From Octopus bimaculoides (taxonomy: Eukaryota): a stretch of 64,000 nucleotides of DNA. A program made the position numbers and the translations under genes. Position 1 is the first letter of the stretch, and every line of letters begins with the position of its first letter. Positions 36,001 to 47,900 of this stretch are shown here, in pieces. The notes under the pieces are model-generated. The model was given only the letters and a program-made list of their open reading frames with translations. It had not been told where the DNA came from and did no database searches. The stretch spans positions 5,432,562 to 5,496,561 of the forward strand of contig NC_068981.1 of NCBI RefSeq assembly GCF_001194135.2. The letters run 5' to 3'.

Positions 36001-39000
36001 CCCTAAAGCACAGGCATATCATTGCTATGCATGGCCAGCAATTGGGTGACAAAGTTCTTGCTGAATGATGCTAAGACACCTTTAGCCTGTTCAATGATTG
36101 TAGAGATGTGCCTCGTCCACAGATTATTGTAAATAGTTATGCCTAGGTTACAGTCACCAGCAGACGTATTAAAGTTGGTGTTTTGGGCTGTTTTCTGAAA
36201 ATACGTTGTGGTGCACTTGGTTCACAACCAGCTTAGGTTGCCAGTCAACAAGTCAGATTGTGGAAAACCACAGTCTATATACAAGGTACAGTAAATAAAC
36301 TGTTCTGCTAAAATGAAAATAAGACTGACATCTCATTTTAACAGAATATTTACCAAAATTACGTAAGAATTATCTTAAAATACTAAAGAGTAAATTTATT
36401 CAATAGAATCGCTATTGGCTTCAACCACAGACCCCAAATGGCTTTGGAATCTCCTGCAACTCTTCTGGACAATCTCCTTGTTTAAGTTGCTGAAAGCTGC
36501 CATAATCCTTGCTTTCAGTTCATCTTTGGTGTTACAAGGTGTTTTGATGGTCTTTCGCTCAACTGCACCCCACACATGATAATCAAGGGGGTTGGCATCT
36601 GGGGAGTTAGGTGGCCAGATGTTAGGGGTGATGTGGTTGCAGAAATTGTTAGACAACCATGGCTGGTTTCTCCTGCTTGTGTGGCATGGTGTTGCCAGAC
36701 ATAGTCTTCCAGTAGCTACCCTCTTGACCCAGAGGAGCGATATCTCCTCAAGGCCTCCTTGTTGAGTCTGAAGCCATGTGGGAAGATAAATGGGGGTATA
36801 ACGTCACCATCACTAGTGATCATTCCAAACACCATGATGTTGACTGGATGTTTGATTTTTATCACTGTCCTCAGATTAACACCCAAGCAGTCTGAAATAT
36901 TCATGCTGAAGCTTCCACTGCGAATGCCAAGCAGTACAGCATGTCGTTCCCAAATTTCAGGCAGAGTGAATTGTGTCATGGTGCTGCTTCTCTCACAGTG
37001 TCCAACTGACCCTACTATACTGTGTAGTCAACAAAATCAAAAGCAAACAGTACGCATGCGTGAGATTGAAAATATAAAATGGCGGTAATTCAGCCATCAT
37101 ACCTTGTGTGTGTGAGAGCATGTTAAATGTTGGCCAAAATATATACGTTCAGGTTAGGGCTAAGTATTTGCTGTTTTGTTGAGCACTTATAATTATATAA
37201 GTGAGCAGATGTATAAATTCTGGGACCAACTTTTTGTTTTAGGTTCGGATGTCAGCTTTTCAAGAATTGGGTCCATTTATATATACATTTTCCTCTCCCA
37301 ATAATGACTCTGGTGTGTATATTAGTGAAGATGGTATGTTACATGTGTCTGAAGATGTTGCTGAGAGGTGAGCACATTTTCACTTTATCCTCTTTTTCTC
37401 TATGGTATTGTTGTTGTTGTTATACTCAAGTATTTTACATGACACAAAATGCTTAAAGCTTATTGTTACCATATTTCTGTTGTGATACAGTTTTCTTTGA
37501 ATTAATTTCAAATACTCTGCTACCTCTTCTGAGGTTTGGAATATAAATTAACATGAAAGTTCAACAAGAAGTTTTTAGATCACTTTAACCCTTTTGTTAC
37601 TATATTTCTAAGTAAAACACGTCCCTTATGAGTTTTAATTAAATTCTAAAAGAATGACAAATTTAGACAGGTTTCATTAAATAAGTAACTTTTGTATCGA
37701 TATAATTTTTGGAACACAATTGAAGAAAAGGTTCTTAATCAATTCTGTTGCATAACTTTTGTCTCAAAGTGACTCTAATTACAGGTAAATATACGTAAAC
37801 AAGCCATCGTTTTTCTCGGTTTGTTTCCGCAGTGATCACTTCAAACAAGCTTATATTTGCCTGATTTCTCTATCTCTTTCATTGAAAAGCTCTCAAATTC
37901 AGAATCACTGCTTGATAGCATGATACTTATCAATTTTAAAAGTTGAAAAAAAATCACAAAAGAAAAAATGTGGAAAAAAATCTCTCCAAATTCACAGAGC
38001 TGAGATATCATGTCAGTTAGATACTGTAACTTGACTATTTGCAAAAGTGAAATCCTGTGTTTTCATGAAAGTACTAATGAGATTTGTTCTGAAATTCACA
38101 TTTAAAAATCAATGGCTTCACTCAACCAGGTTAGTAACAAATGGGTTAAACCAAACAGCCTATATCATAAAACCCATGTGATCTTGGGTATTGATATCCA
38201 GCGTTAATTGTTTTAAATGTTCTTGCATTGAAATCACTCCATCGTTTGTCCAATTAACTCAAGATGAGGAAATTAGTTGACCAACATTTACATCAGTTGT
38301 TGTTAATTAGGAGATGACTTAGCAACATCTTGGCTGATGTCGACGTTGCCTTTTATCCTTTCGGGGTTGATAAGTACCACAGTTCTGTGAGGAATTATTT
38401 ACATTCGACAGATATTTGTCCTCAGGTGTAGTGGTTAAGAGCGTGGGCTACTAACCCCAAGATTCCGAGTTCGATTCCAGGCAGTGACCTGAATAATGAT
38501 CTCGAAAAATACCTTAGGAATGAGAACCCAGGATCGAAATTTCCCCAATACACCTGAAGAAGGCTGGAGGGTATATCAGCCGAAACGTGTTAACAACAAA
38601 CAAGATGACAAATATCCATCAAACGTAAATAATGTTAAATACCAGTTATATACTGGTGGCAATGTCACCATCTCTCCCCACCCTCTCCCAAAACTTCGGG
38701 CCTTGTGCCTTTAGTAGAAAGGATTATGTAGCAAGTGAAAAGTTATTTGATGGAATTCATATTTTCTGATTCCGAGACATTTCTTCTGTGTCTCAGTTCT
38801 TTGATTGAACTGAACTGCATAATTGAAAAATGCAATAAAGGAATCAGATTTTCCAATGTTGACGGGAAAACTTCCTAAATCAACTTATTTATTAGACATG
38901 TTTTGATGTGTTAATGATTCTGTGGTAAATTTGAAAATGTCTATCTTTATAAAATTAGGTCAGCCAACTGTGTGGCACCTTGGGTGAATGCCTTCTATTA

Positions 39001-42000
39001 TAGCCCCAGGCTAATGGAAGTGTTGTGAGTGGTTTTGGTTGAGAGAAACTGAATGAAGCCCATCGCGTGTGTATGTGTGTCATCGTCATTTAACACTTGT
39101 TTTCCATGCCGACATGGGTTGAACTCTTTGGCAAGTTGGAGAGCTGCACCAGGCTCCAATTGTCTGTTTTGGTGGGGTTCTTACAACTGGATGCCCTTCT
39201 TAATGCCAACCACTTTACAGTGTACTCAGTGCTTTTTATATGGCACCAGTGCTTCTTCATGTGGCACCAGCATGGGCTCATGGCTTCTGGTAGCAATTAT
39301 AAAATGTGGGAAACCAGTGAATGTAAGAAATAATTGTAGCAACTGCTACCGACCAATTGAGAATTTTTGCAGTCAGTGCTAATCTTGATGCATTCATCTT
39401 GCCATTGTTGGTGCTCATTTTGTAATGTGTGTGTGTGTATTCCTGTTTCAATAGTCTCAAGAATTTCTCATCAGGACTTAACTAATTTAATTTTCTCTTA
39501 GTATACTTCATCAAGTGTGGTAACAGTCTCATGAAGAATTTAGTAAAATATCTTTGTTGGGATTAAACCGTTTCTTTTGTATGCAAGCTGAAATTTAGCC
39601 CTATGACAACAGGTTTTTTTTTATCAGGCAACCAGGTTGCACTGACGGTGATCATCTCGGCCAAGATCAGCAATTAGTGCACAACAACGGTTTGGTGCAT
39701 ATTTACATCAACCGCTTAAATGCATCCACTGTTTATTTAAGTAAACTGTCATCACTGAGAGGACTGTAAATTCCATGAAGGACCAGAAGAATTTGCTAGG
39801 AAGTCATAATGGAAATTGTGGTGCATCCACCAAAACTGCTGCTTTTATACTATTATGGTGATGAAGTCTTGAACTGAGTTGGAAATAATTACATGAAGAA
39901 TCTAACAAAACCTTGGTGGCCTCTATTATCGATTCTGTGAGTGATAGTGGGTATTTATATCAATGGGTACAAAACTGCAGCAGATAGGGCCGTGTATATT
40001 CAAATCATCTGATTCAAAGCGAGTATACAGTGCTTGTAAATTTACATCAACCAATGTTATGGGGTGAATGGAAGATTTTTAATTGCGATCATTGAAACTC
40101 TTTAGCGTTCAGATTAATATAAAGCTTATTTAATCATTGTTTTCAATTAGTTATGCTTTGTGTTGTAGCTTTGAGATTTTAATAATGCATTTGTTCAGTA
40201 TTAGAATGACATTGTAGGGTAGGTGTGAGAGGTTGGATCTGGCTTGTTTGAACCTAAAACAAGTAAAATACTCGGCTGGTTTAAATGCCAAAGGGTGAAT
40301 TCAGGTAGTTTATCTCCCAGAACTGGCGCTAGTCTTGGGCAGGCTTCTATCAAGGCTGCCAACTGCAGTGTTATTCTCATTATTGTTATCATTTAATGTC
40401 TACTTTCCATGTTGGCATGGGTGGATCGGTTTGACAGTAGCTGGCCGGGCAGAAGCCTGCACCAGACATCTAACTGTTTTGGTAGGATTTTCACAGCTGA
40501 ATGCCCTTCCAAACACTAACCACTCAGCAGAGTGGACTCAGTGCTTTTTATGTGGCACAAGCACAGGTGAGGTCAGTTTTGGCAAGGTTTTTACAGCTGG
40601 ATGCCCTTCCAAACATCAACCACTTTACAGTGTGGACTGAGTGCTTTTTTTAAGTGGCTCCTGCCCTGACCTTGCAAGACAAAAACATCTTTTGAGAAGG
40701 GAGGGGGCATTGGAAGAGGTGATCTTGTGTCAAAATGAACTTTCATCAGAATGTTGTGCTACAATATTATTAAGCATTTGTTTTTAGAGCTTTAATTTGA
40801 CTAAATATTTGTTTCAGGAACCTTACTGATGCTGAAAAAGAAGCTAAAATTTGTTGTGATAGAGCGAATGAAACAAAACAGCCGTCGCCTTCTGTGGAAG
40901 TGGATGATGAACCAAAAGTAGAAACTGACAACAGTTCTTCTCAGACTTCAGAATATTCCCAGTCCTGTGATAAAGCATCTGTTGAAATCTGTGATAAACC
41001 TTCAAGTCCTGCTAATATTGTAGATATGCAGATAGATGCTGCAGAGCCAACAGCTGAAGCCTCTGAGTTAACTGAAATCAGGCTTTATACGGAAGAGATT
41101 TCTATCGAGGAGAAGAAGGCCAAGTCAATCCTGTCCACAATAGCTGCATTAAAGAGTGATGCCACTTGTACGAGCGAAGTAGATCAGAGAGAGTTGAGTG
41201 CAGAAGCTACAAGCAGTGAACAACAACAACAACAACAACAACCAGAACCTAGTTCAGAAATGAATATTCCTCCTCCTCCTCCTCCGCCTCCTCCTCAGAC
41301 ATCTGATCCAACGTCTTCCGAGGTCTTCAATGCGTTTCAGTATTGGAGGACTCCATTGCCAGATATAGCAAACCTAGAGTTAGATTTGGCTGCCAGTAAT
41401 AATAGTAAAGATGATAGTAATTCTGCAGATAACTTGTATGCTTCGAAACTAACACATCAAGACCAAGATAGCAATTCAACTTGGTGGTCTGGGGACCTGC
41501 TAAGCAGTTTAGCTAATATGGATCTTAGTAAATTTTGGCAAGTTCCTTCAGACCTCCAATGGGTGAACTCTGCTGCTGAGGTTGAACGTAGTGCTGCTCG
41601 AATTATTCACACGGCCAGTATCAGCACTGTGTACAATCCATCCGAAACTGTTTCCAACATTGGTAGCACCCATTTGTTTGGTCATCACGTGAACGAGTCT
41701 GCAAAAGCCATGGGTGATTGTAAGTATATTTCTTTTTCACTTTAGCAATGTATTTGCTTGTTTTCTAAAACCTTGTCCCCTTACGTCAGACCTCCAGGCA
41801 CCATTCCGATGTTTGCTGTAAAGATTCTGTTGCACCATTCCATATTGCCACTCACCACCTGATTTCTCTTTTACAACCTTCACATAACACAACCCACTGA
41901 GGGCCCATTGACTAATGGTTAGTGCGTTTCTTATACAGTTGCAAGGTTATAGTTTCAATTCCCAAGCTAGCAGTACATTTCACATTGCTCCAGTCCACTC

Positions 42001-44863
42001 AGCTGCAAACAGGTATGCTGTCCATGGGTAGTGGGTGAGATTGGCCACTCACATGCCACAGAAACTGGGCAATCAGTCCCGTGTGTCATAGAATTCGAGA
42101 GTGTAATGTCCAGGGTTTCTTAATGGTACTATGCAGAAAGGTACCGTTTCACCAAACGATCCTTGGAATGACACATTGTCTCTGCCACATTTGTGTTATG
42201 CCTTTCATGCATGTTTCACCTCAAGTGTGGGTCATGCTCCCCTTATCTGTTTATCACTTTGCTGCATATATTCATGTCTCTACTATACACTATAGTCCTA
42301 CTTATCCATATTATATCATAAAGAGACTGCCTAAAGGTTATCTGGTTACGAAACATTAGGTGCAGGCATGGCCGTGCAGATAAGAAGTTTTGGGTTCAGT
42401 TCCAGTGTGTGGCACCTTGGGGAAGTGTCCTCTAGTATTGCACCTTTGTGTGTGGATGTAACAGAAACTGAAAGAAGTGTGTCTTTGTCCCCTTGTCTTG
42501 ACAGTGTTGTAAATGATTGCCACTGTCATACAAGCAGTGTCCTTTACTTGTAATGTTCTGTGAAGACGTGTCTGGCCCTTGTGCTCTATTGCAGAGGCCG
42601 GAAGCACGAGGGTTGACCAAAGGGCATTCGACAGTGGAAAGTCTGCCTCAGTAAACTCTGTCCAACCCATGGCAACCTGGAAAAGCAGGTATAAAATACA
42701 GATGTTGATACAAGCAAGACTTTCTAGTTGAAAAAAATTCTGAGAATTATTTAGAAAGTGAGTTCACACTCTTTCGGGAATGTTAATATAAATTGAGTTG
42801 AAATCCTTAAATATTTAAATCTACTTGTTTTCTGTGTTACTTTTGGCTGCAGCAGCCATTTTTTTGGCTTGTTTCTGTATTTCAGGTGAGATCTTGTCAC
42901 TAAACACTTCTCTATGATAATTTGATTTAACCAATTTGTTAATGTATTTCTGTTGAAGTACACTACCTTTGTTTCAATGAGTTGTGGAACTATTGAACAA
43001 TGTAGTAAAATAGTTTTGTCATTTTTGATGGAAGTTTTAAGTTTGGATCACTTTAAGCCATCCATATTCTACCAAAATATTCTGTTTTATAATCCACCTG
43101 GCCAGGTGTGGTCCTTGACACCTACCCTGCTTTGTCTTTTTAAAAATAAACGATCATCATTTGTCTACCTTCCATGCTGGACGATTTGATGAGAGCCGGC
43201 TAGGCAGAAGCCTGCACCAGGCTTTGTAACCGTTTTGGCAGGATTTTTATGGCTGGATGCCCTTCCTCACACCAACCATTCAGCAGAGTGGACTTAGTGC
43301 TTTTTATGTGACACAAGCACAGGCGGGGTCAGTTTTGGCAAGGTTTTTACAGCTGGACGCCCCTCCAAATGCCAACCACTGTACAGTGTAGACAGTAATC
43401 TGAATGTTAAAAGGGTTGAACGGGAAGTTTTTCTTGTTCCAGGGGTTGTGGTTACTGCTGGGTTGATAGTCAAAAGGGTGAAAGGGATCTATTTGTAATG
43501 AATGGTAGCAAAAGATTTTTATTATCAACATTTCAATTCAAATTTGTACAAGCTTTGCTTTTGTTTTACGATATGTTTAGGATAGTTGTCATCTGGTCGA
43601 GCTTGCTTGGACATTTTTTAACCCTTGCCCATTGTCCCTCTGTCTTGGATTAATTGAGGGAGGTCTTCAGGGTGACGTTCAGTGTCTCTGGTGAGTCTAT
43701 CTACATACATGGTGTTCTAACAAGCTGCTCAAGTATGGTCGTACTTTGGCTTCCATAGCAGTGGGTCATTTGCTCTTGTTTAGTGCCCCACCACAGTCCT
43801 GCAAAATGCAAGCACCTTCTTATTATGGAATGGGGGGTAGGAGACAGGCAGATTTACATACAGCTGTTTCTTGTGCTCTTAACATACAGGTGTAAGTTCC
43901 ATTTAGCTTGGGTTTTAGTTGCTCCATATAAAAGAACTGACTAATTGTCTGACAGGGTTGATTCCCAGACAACATCCTGTCTATTTAGATCTGATCTTGC
44001 TTAGGATAAGCTTCTAATTTGTGATGCTATGAACCTATTGTGATTGGATGATTGTCATTTCTTTGAACCAGAAACTAATTCTGTTTGAATTCTCTTAATC
44101 ACTGGATTCTAGTCAACAGTCTTTATACGAAATGTCTTGTTTTGAAAAAGGTTGGCAAACTATATCTTTATATATAGCAAGCTTTGAAATCCGTTATGTA
44201 CATGTTTTATTTTTATATGCACACACACACACACACACTTCAGGAATGTAACCGCATGTGGACTGTTGGCGATTTTTCCATTTTTTTCATTCTTCCTCTT
44301 TGGACTTCACTGTTTCTGACAAAGAGCCATGCTCGAAATGTTGACATCTCTCTCCCTCCTTCATCGATCGTCTAACTAATATATTTCTTGTGCATGTCCT
44401 CACATTCAGGGTTTTTAGTTTTTTTTAAAATTATATGTATAAGCACCCACTACAGTCTCTGAGTCGTTGGTGTTAGGAAGGGCATCCAGCTGTAGAAACA
44501 TTGCCAGATCAGATTGAGACTGGTGCAGCCTCTTACTCACCGTCCAACCCATGCCAGCATGGAAACCAGACGTTAAATGATTATATATATATATAGCAAG
44601 CTTTAAAATCTGTTATGTACATATTATGGTTTTAATTGAAACTAATAAAAGTTTCATGGCTCTGAAAATACAATGGTATAGATGCACTCTTATAGCATGT
44701 TGCATATTTCCATACAACCATCACACTCACAAGCTCTATCTATGCAAGCTTGTCCAAACATATTTTCTAAGGCATCCAATTAATGGTAGCTTGAATTGAA
44801 ACCCTGTGTATATTATATATTTATCTTTCACTGGATGGAGTCCTTTTTCTTTTGAGCCCATCA

Positions 44864-44916
<53 letters not shown>

Positions 44917-47900
44917 TCTATATAAATAATAGTTTTGAAATTGGCTGCATGAACTACATGCTTTATATAGCTTGTTCTCTTGAAATTCACTGGGTGAACC
45001 ACACATTTTTCATGTTTCTGTTTTATTTTCTCTAGATATATTGAGAAAATGTCATAGATCCATTAACCCTGTTAAGTTATCTGGTTTTTCAGGTCTTGGC
45101 ATTTGCAATGATAAAAGAAATGATCAAATACTTATTACAAATGTTCTTAAGGAATGTTGTTTGATGTTGCCAAATGTTCTTAATGGAGTGGATGTGTTTA
45201 ATCAGAAGTTTGCTTACTTAACGCATGGTTGGTGATTCAGTTCCACTGCACAGCACTTTGGGCAAATATCTTCCATTATAGCATTGGGCCTTGACTGGAT
45301 TTAGTTAACAGAAAGCTTTGACTTGGATTTGGTTGACAAGAACACAAGGAGCTTGTCATGTGTCTGTGTTTTCCTCATTTTTCTCTGGCTTGGTGTCATT
45401 GGCTTGCAGTCTACCATGAAAGCAGATCTTGGCTTCGTAGCAAATAGCACTGTCTGTCTGTCTGTCTGCCTCCAGTTCCCTGCATAAAACATGTCCAACC
45501 TGTTAGTTGCGAGGTTGTTATCTCACTTGGAAACAAGTAGGGGTTGGGGACAAATTGTCTTGACATACTCTTGGCTCCTGCAAACATGGCAAAGCAGACA
45601 TTAGACCAGTGGTTCCCAACCCTTTTATTTAAACGAGTTTTCTCATAGATGCATCTTTGATATGCTCATCCTTGTGTGTGTGTGGATTTTGAATTTAGTT
45701 GATAGACCTCCAGTACTACCTTTACGGGCCACAGGTTCAGAACCACTGCATTAGAACAACAACATCCCTCATTAAAATAGACTAGAAACATTTTTTTTTA
45801 GTATTCCTTTTTTAATTTTTGGTTTCTAATAAAATTTAATTTTCTTGATAAAATTTTGAAGTATTGTTTTAAGATCGTTTAAGTAATTCATCTCAGAAAT
45901 TTCAGCTTAATTTTCTCGGTTAAATATTGGTTTTAATTTACTTTTTATGGTTGTTCAAATATAAAATGACTGTTTTGTGTGGTTGTGAGTTTGGTCCCAA
46001 CAGCATGGCACCTTGAAGCAATTCCTTTTCTGGGTGGGATGTGGTCGACAGAAATGTTGTGTGGTGTTTATGTGGCTGTAATTTAGAATGCAAAGGTGGA
46101 TGAATACCAGGAATTTTCCCCTGCATGTCAGGGGTTTGTTTGACCCTTGTGGTACTTGTCTAACCCATTGAAAATACACTGCCTTTGTTTTGATTAATTT
46201 TGAAAATGAAAAATTTGAGGTATAGAAGGACAGATATGGGTATGTTACTGTTGATACGTGAATACTCGAGATGAAAAAGAAGGCAGGGTTAGGGTTAGGG
46301 AATAAGAGAGAGAGAGAGAGAGAGTAATAGTGGAGAAGATGTGTTGTGACCTGCTCTTGAGGGATATGGGGGATGGTGAGAATAAGTGAGTTTTGACTAA
46401 GGGCATCCAGCTGTAGAAACTCTGCCAGATCAGATTGGAGTCTGGTGTAGCCATCTGGTTTGCCAGTCCTCAGTCAAATCGTCCAACCCAGGCTAGCATG
46501 GAAAGCGGATGTTAAATGATGATGATGATGATGATGACGACTGGGTGGGTGAGCAGAATAGAGATGATTGTTGAGCAAAATACAGGAATAGCTTGAGGTT
46601 TTTTTGCCTTGCAAGTTACTTGGTGACCCTGTCAGTGCCTGTACCATCTATAATCCACCTGCTCCACTCTGTAAAGTGGTTGGCATTAGGAAGGACATCT
46701 AGGCATAGAAACCATGCAAAAACAATGGAACATTGTGCAATTCCAGGCTTTGCCAGCTCTTGTCAAGCCATCCAACCCATGCCAGCATGGAAGACAGATG
46801 TTAAATGAATCTAATGAAATAGTATAATTAACCCTTTTAGCATTCACGTTATTCTGTCAAGTGTAATGCTTATTTATTCACACTGTCTTTGAATTAATCC
46901 TGCATTGTCTTATACCCTCGAAGGTTTCAATAACAGGAAAGTTTAATTTTTGGAATAGCATTGTAAGGTAGGTGTGAGAAGCCAGATCTGGGTAGTTTTA
47001 ACATAAAAGAAGTAGAACATTGAGGATGGATAGGGCTGGTTTAAATGCTAAAGGGTTAAGCTGGTATTTGGGACAAACTGACTTGGAATTGTACTGGAAT
47101 GTTTCCCGATCGCTTTAAAACAACCAGGAGCAGTCGTGGGTGGGGGACGGTAAGGAAAGTTTAGTTATCTACATTACAATCGTCTGTAAAAATGTCCTCT
47201 TTTACTTGTTTCAGTCATTTGACTGCGGCCATGCTGGAGCACTGTCTTTAGTTAGCAAATCGAACCCAGGACTTATTCTTTGTAAGCCNNNNNNNNNNCT
47301 GTCTTTAGTTAGCAAATCGAACCCAGGACTTATTCTTTGTAAGCCTAGTACTTATTCTATTGGTCTCTTTTGCTGAACTGCTAAGTCATGGGGATGTAAA
47401 CACACCAGCATCGGTTGTCAAGCTGGGGGGACAAACACAGACACACAAACCTATATATATATATGTGCACATATATATACGATGGGCTTCTTTCAGTTTC
47501 CGTTTACCAAATCCACTCACATAGCTTTGGTCGGCACGAGGCTATAGTAGAAGACACTTGCCCAAGGTGCCACGCAGTGGGACTGNNNNNNNNNNGCTTT
47601 GGTCGGCACGAGGCTATAGTAGAAGACACTTGCCCAAGGTGCCACGCAGTGGGACTGAACCCGGAACCATGTGGTTGGTAAGCAAGCTACTTACCACACA
47701 GTCACGCCTGCACCTGTTAATTTATGTTCTGAATACCTGCTTAATAGTGACAGTGCTAATTATTTTTTCATTATTTTCAAAATTAATTGCGACAGAGGTC
47801 GTGTATATCAAATAAATCTGGTGACAGCTGGAAACCAATGAATGTGTGTTTGTGTGGACTGGGTGAGTAGGGCAATCCCTGCAGTCTATAATAAAGTTGG

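Noticed and set aside
38423-38490. tRNA-Ser-like sequence with A and B boxes
   Set aside because: No acceptor stem; it runs directly into a repeat body shared with other copies, so it is a SINE head.
45036-45235. Good acceptor followed by an open phase-1 frame in intron 12
   Set aside because: No suitable in-phase donor before it runs into a SINE and a stop; no similarity to PP4R1.
47250-47650. Apparent tandem duplications on either side of 10-N gaps (also 59580-59699 before a gap)
   Set aside because: Typical unmerged contig overlaps in scaffolding, not biological repeats.
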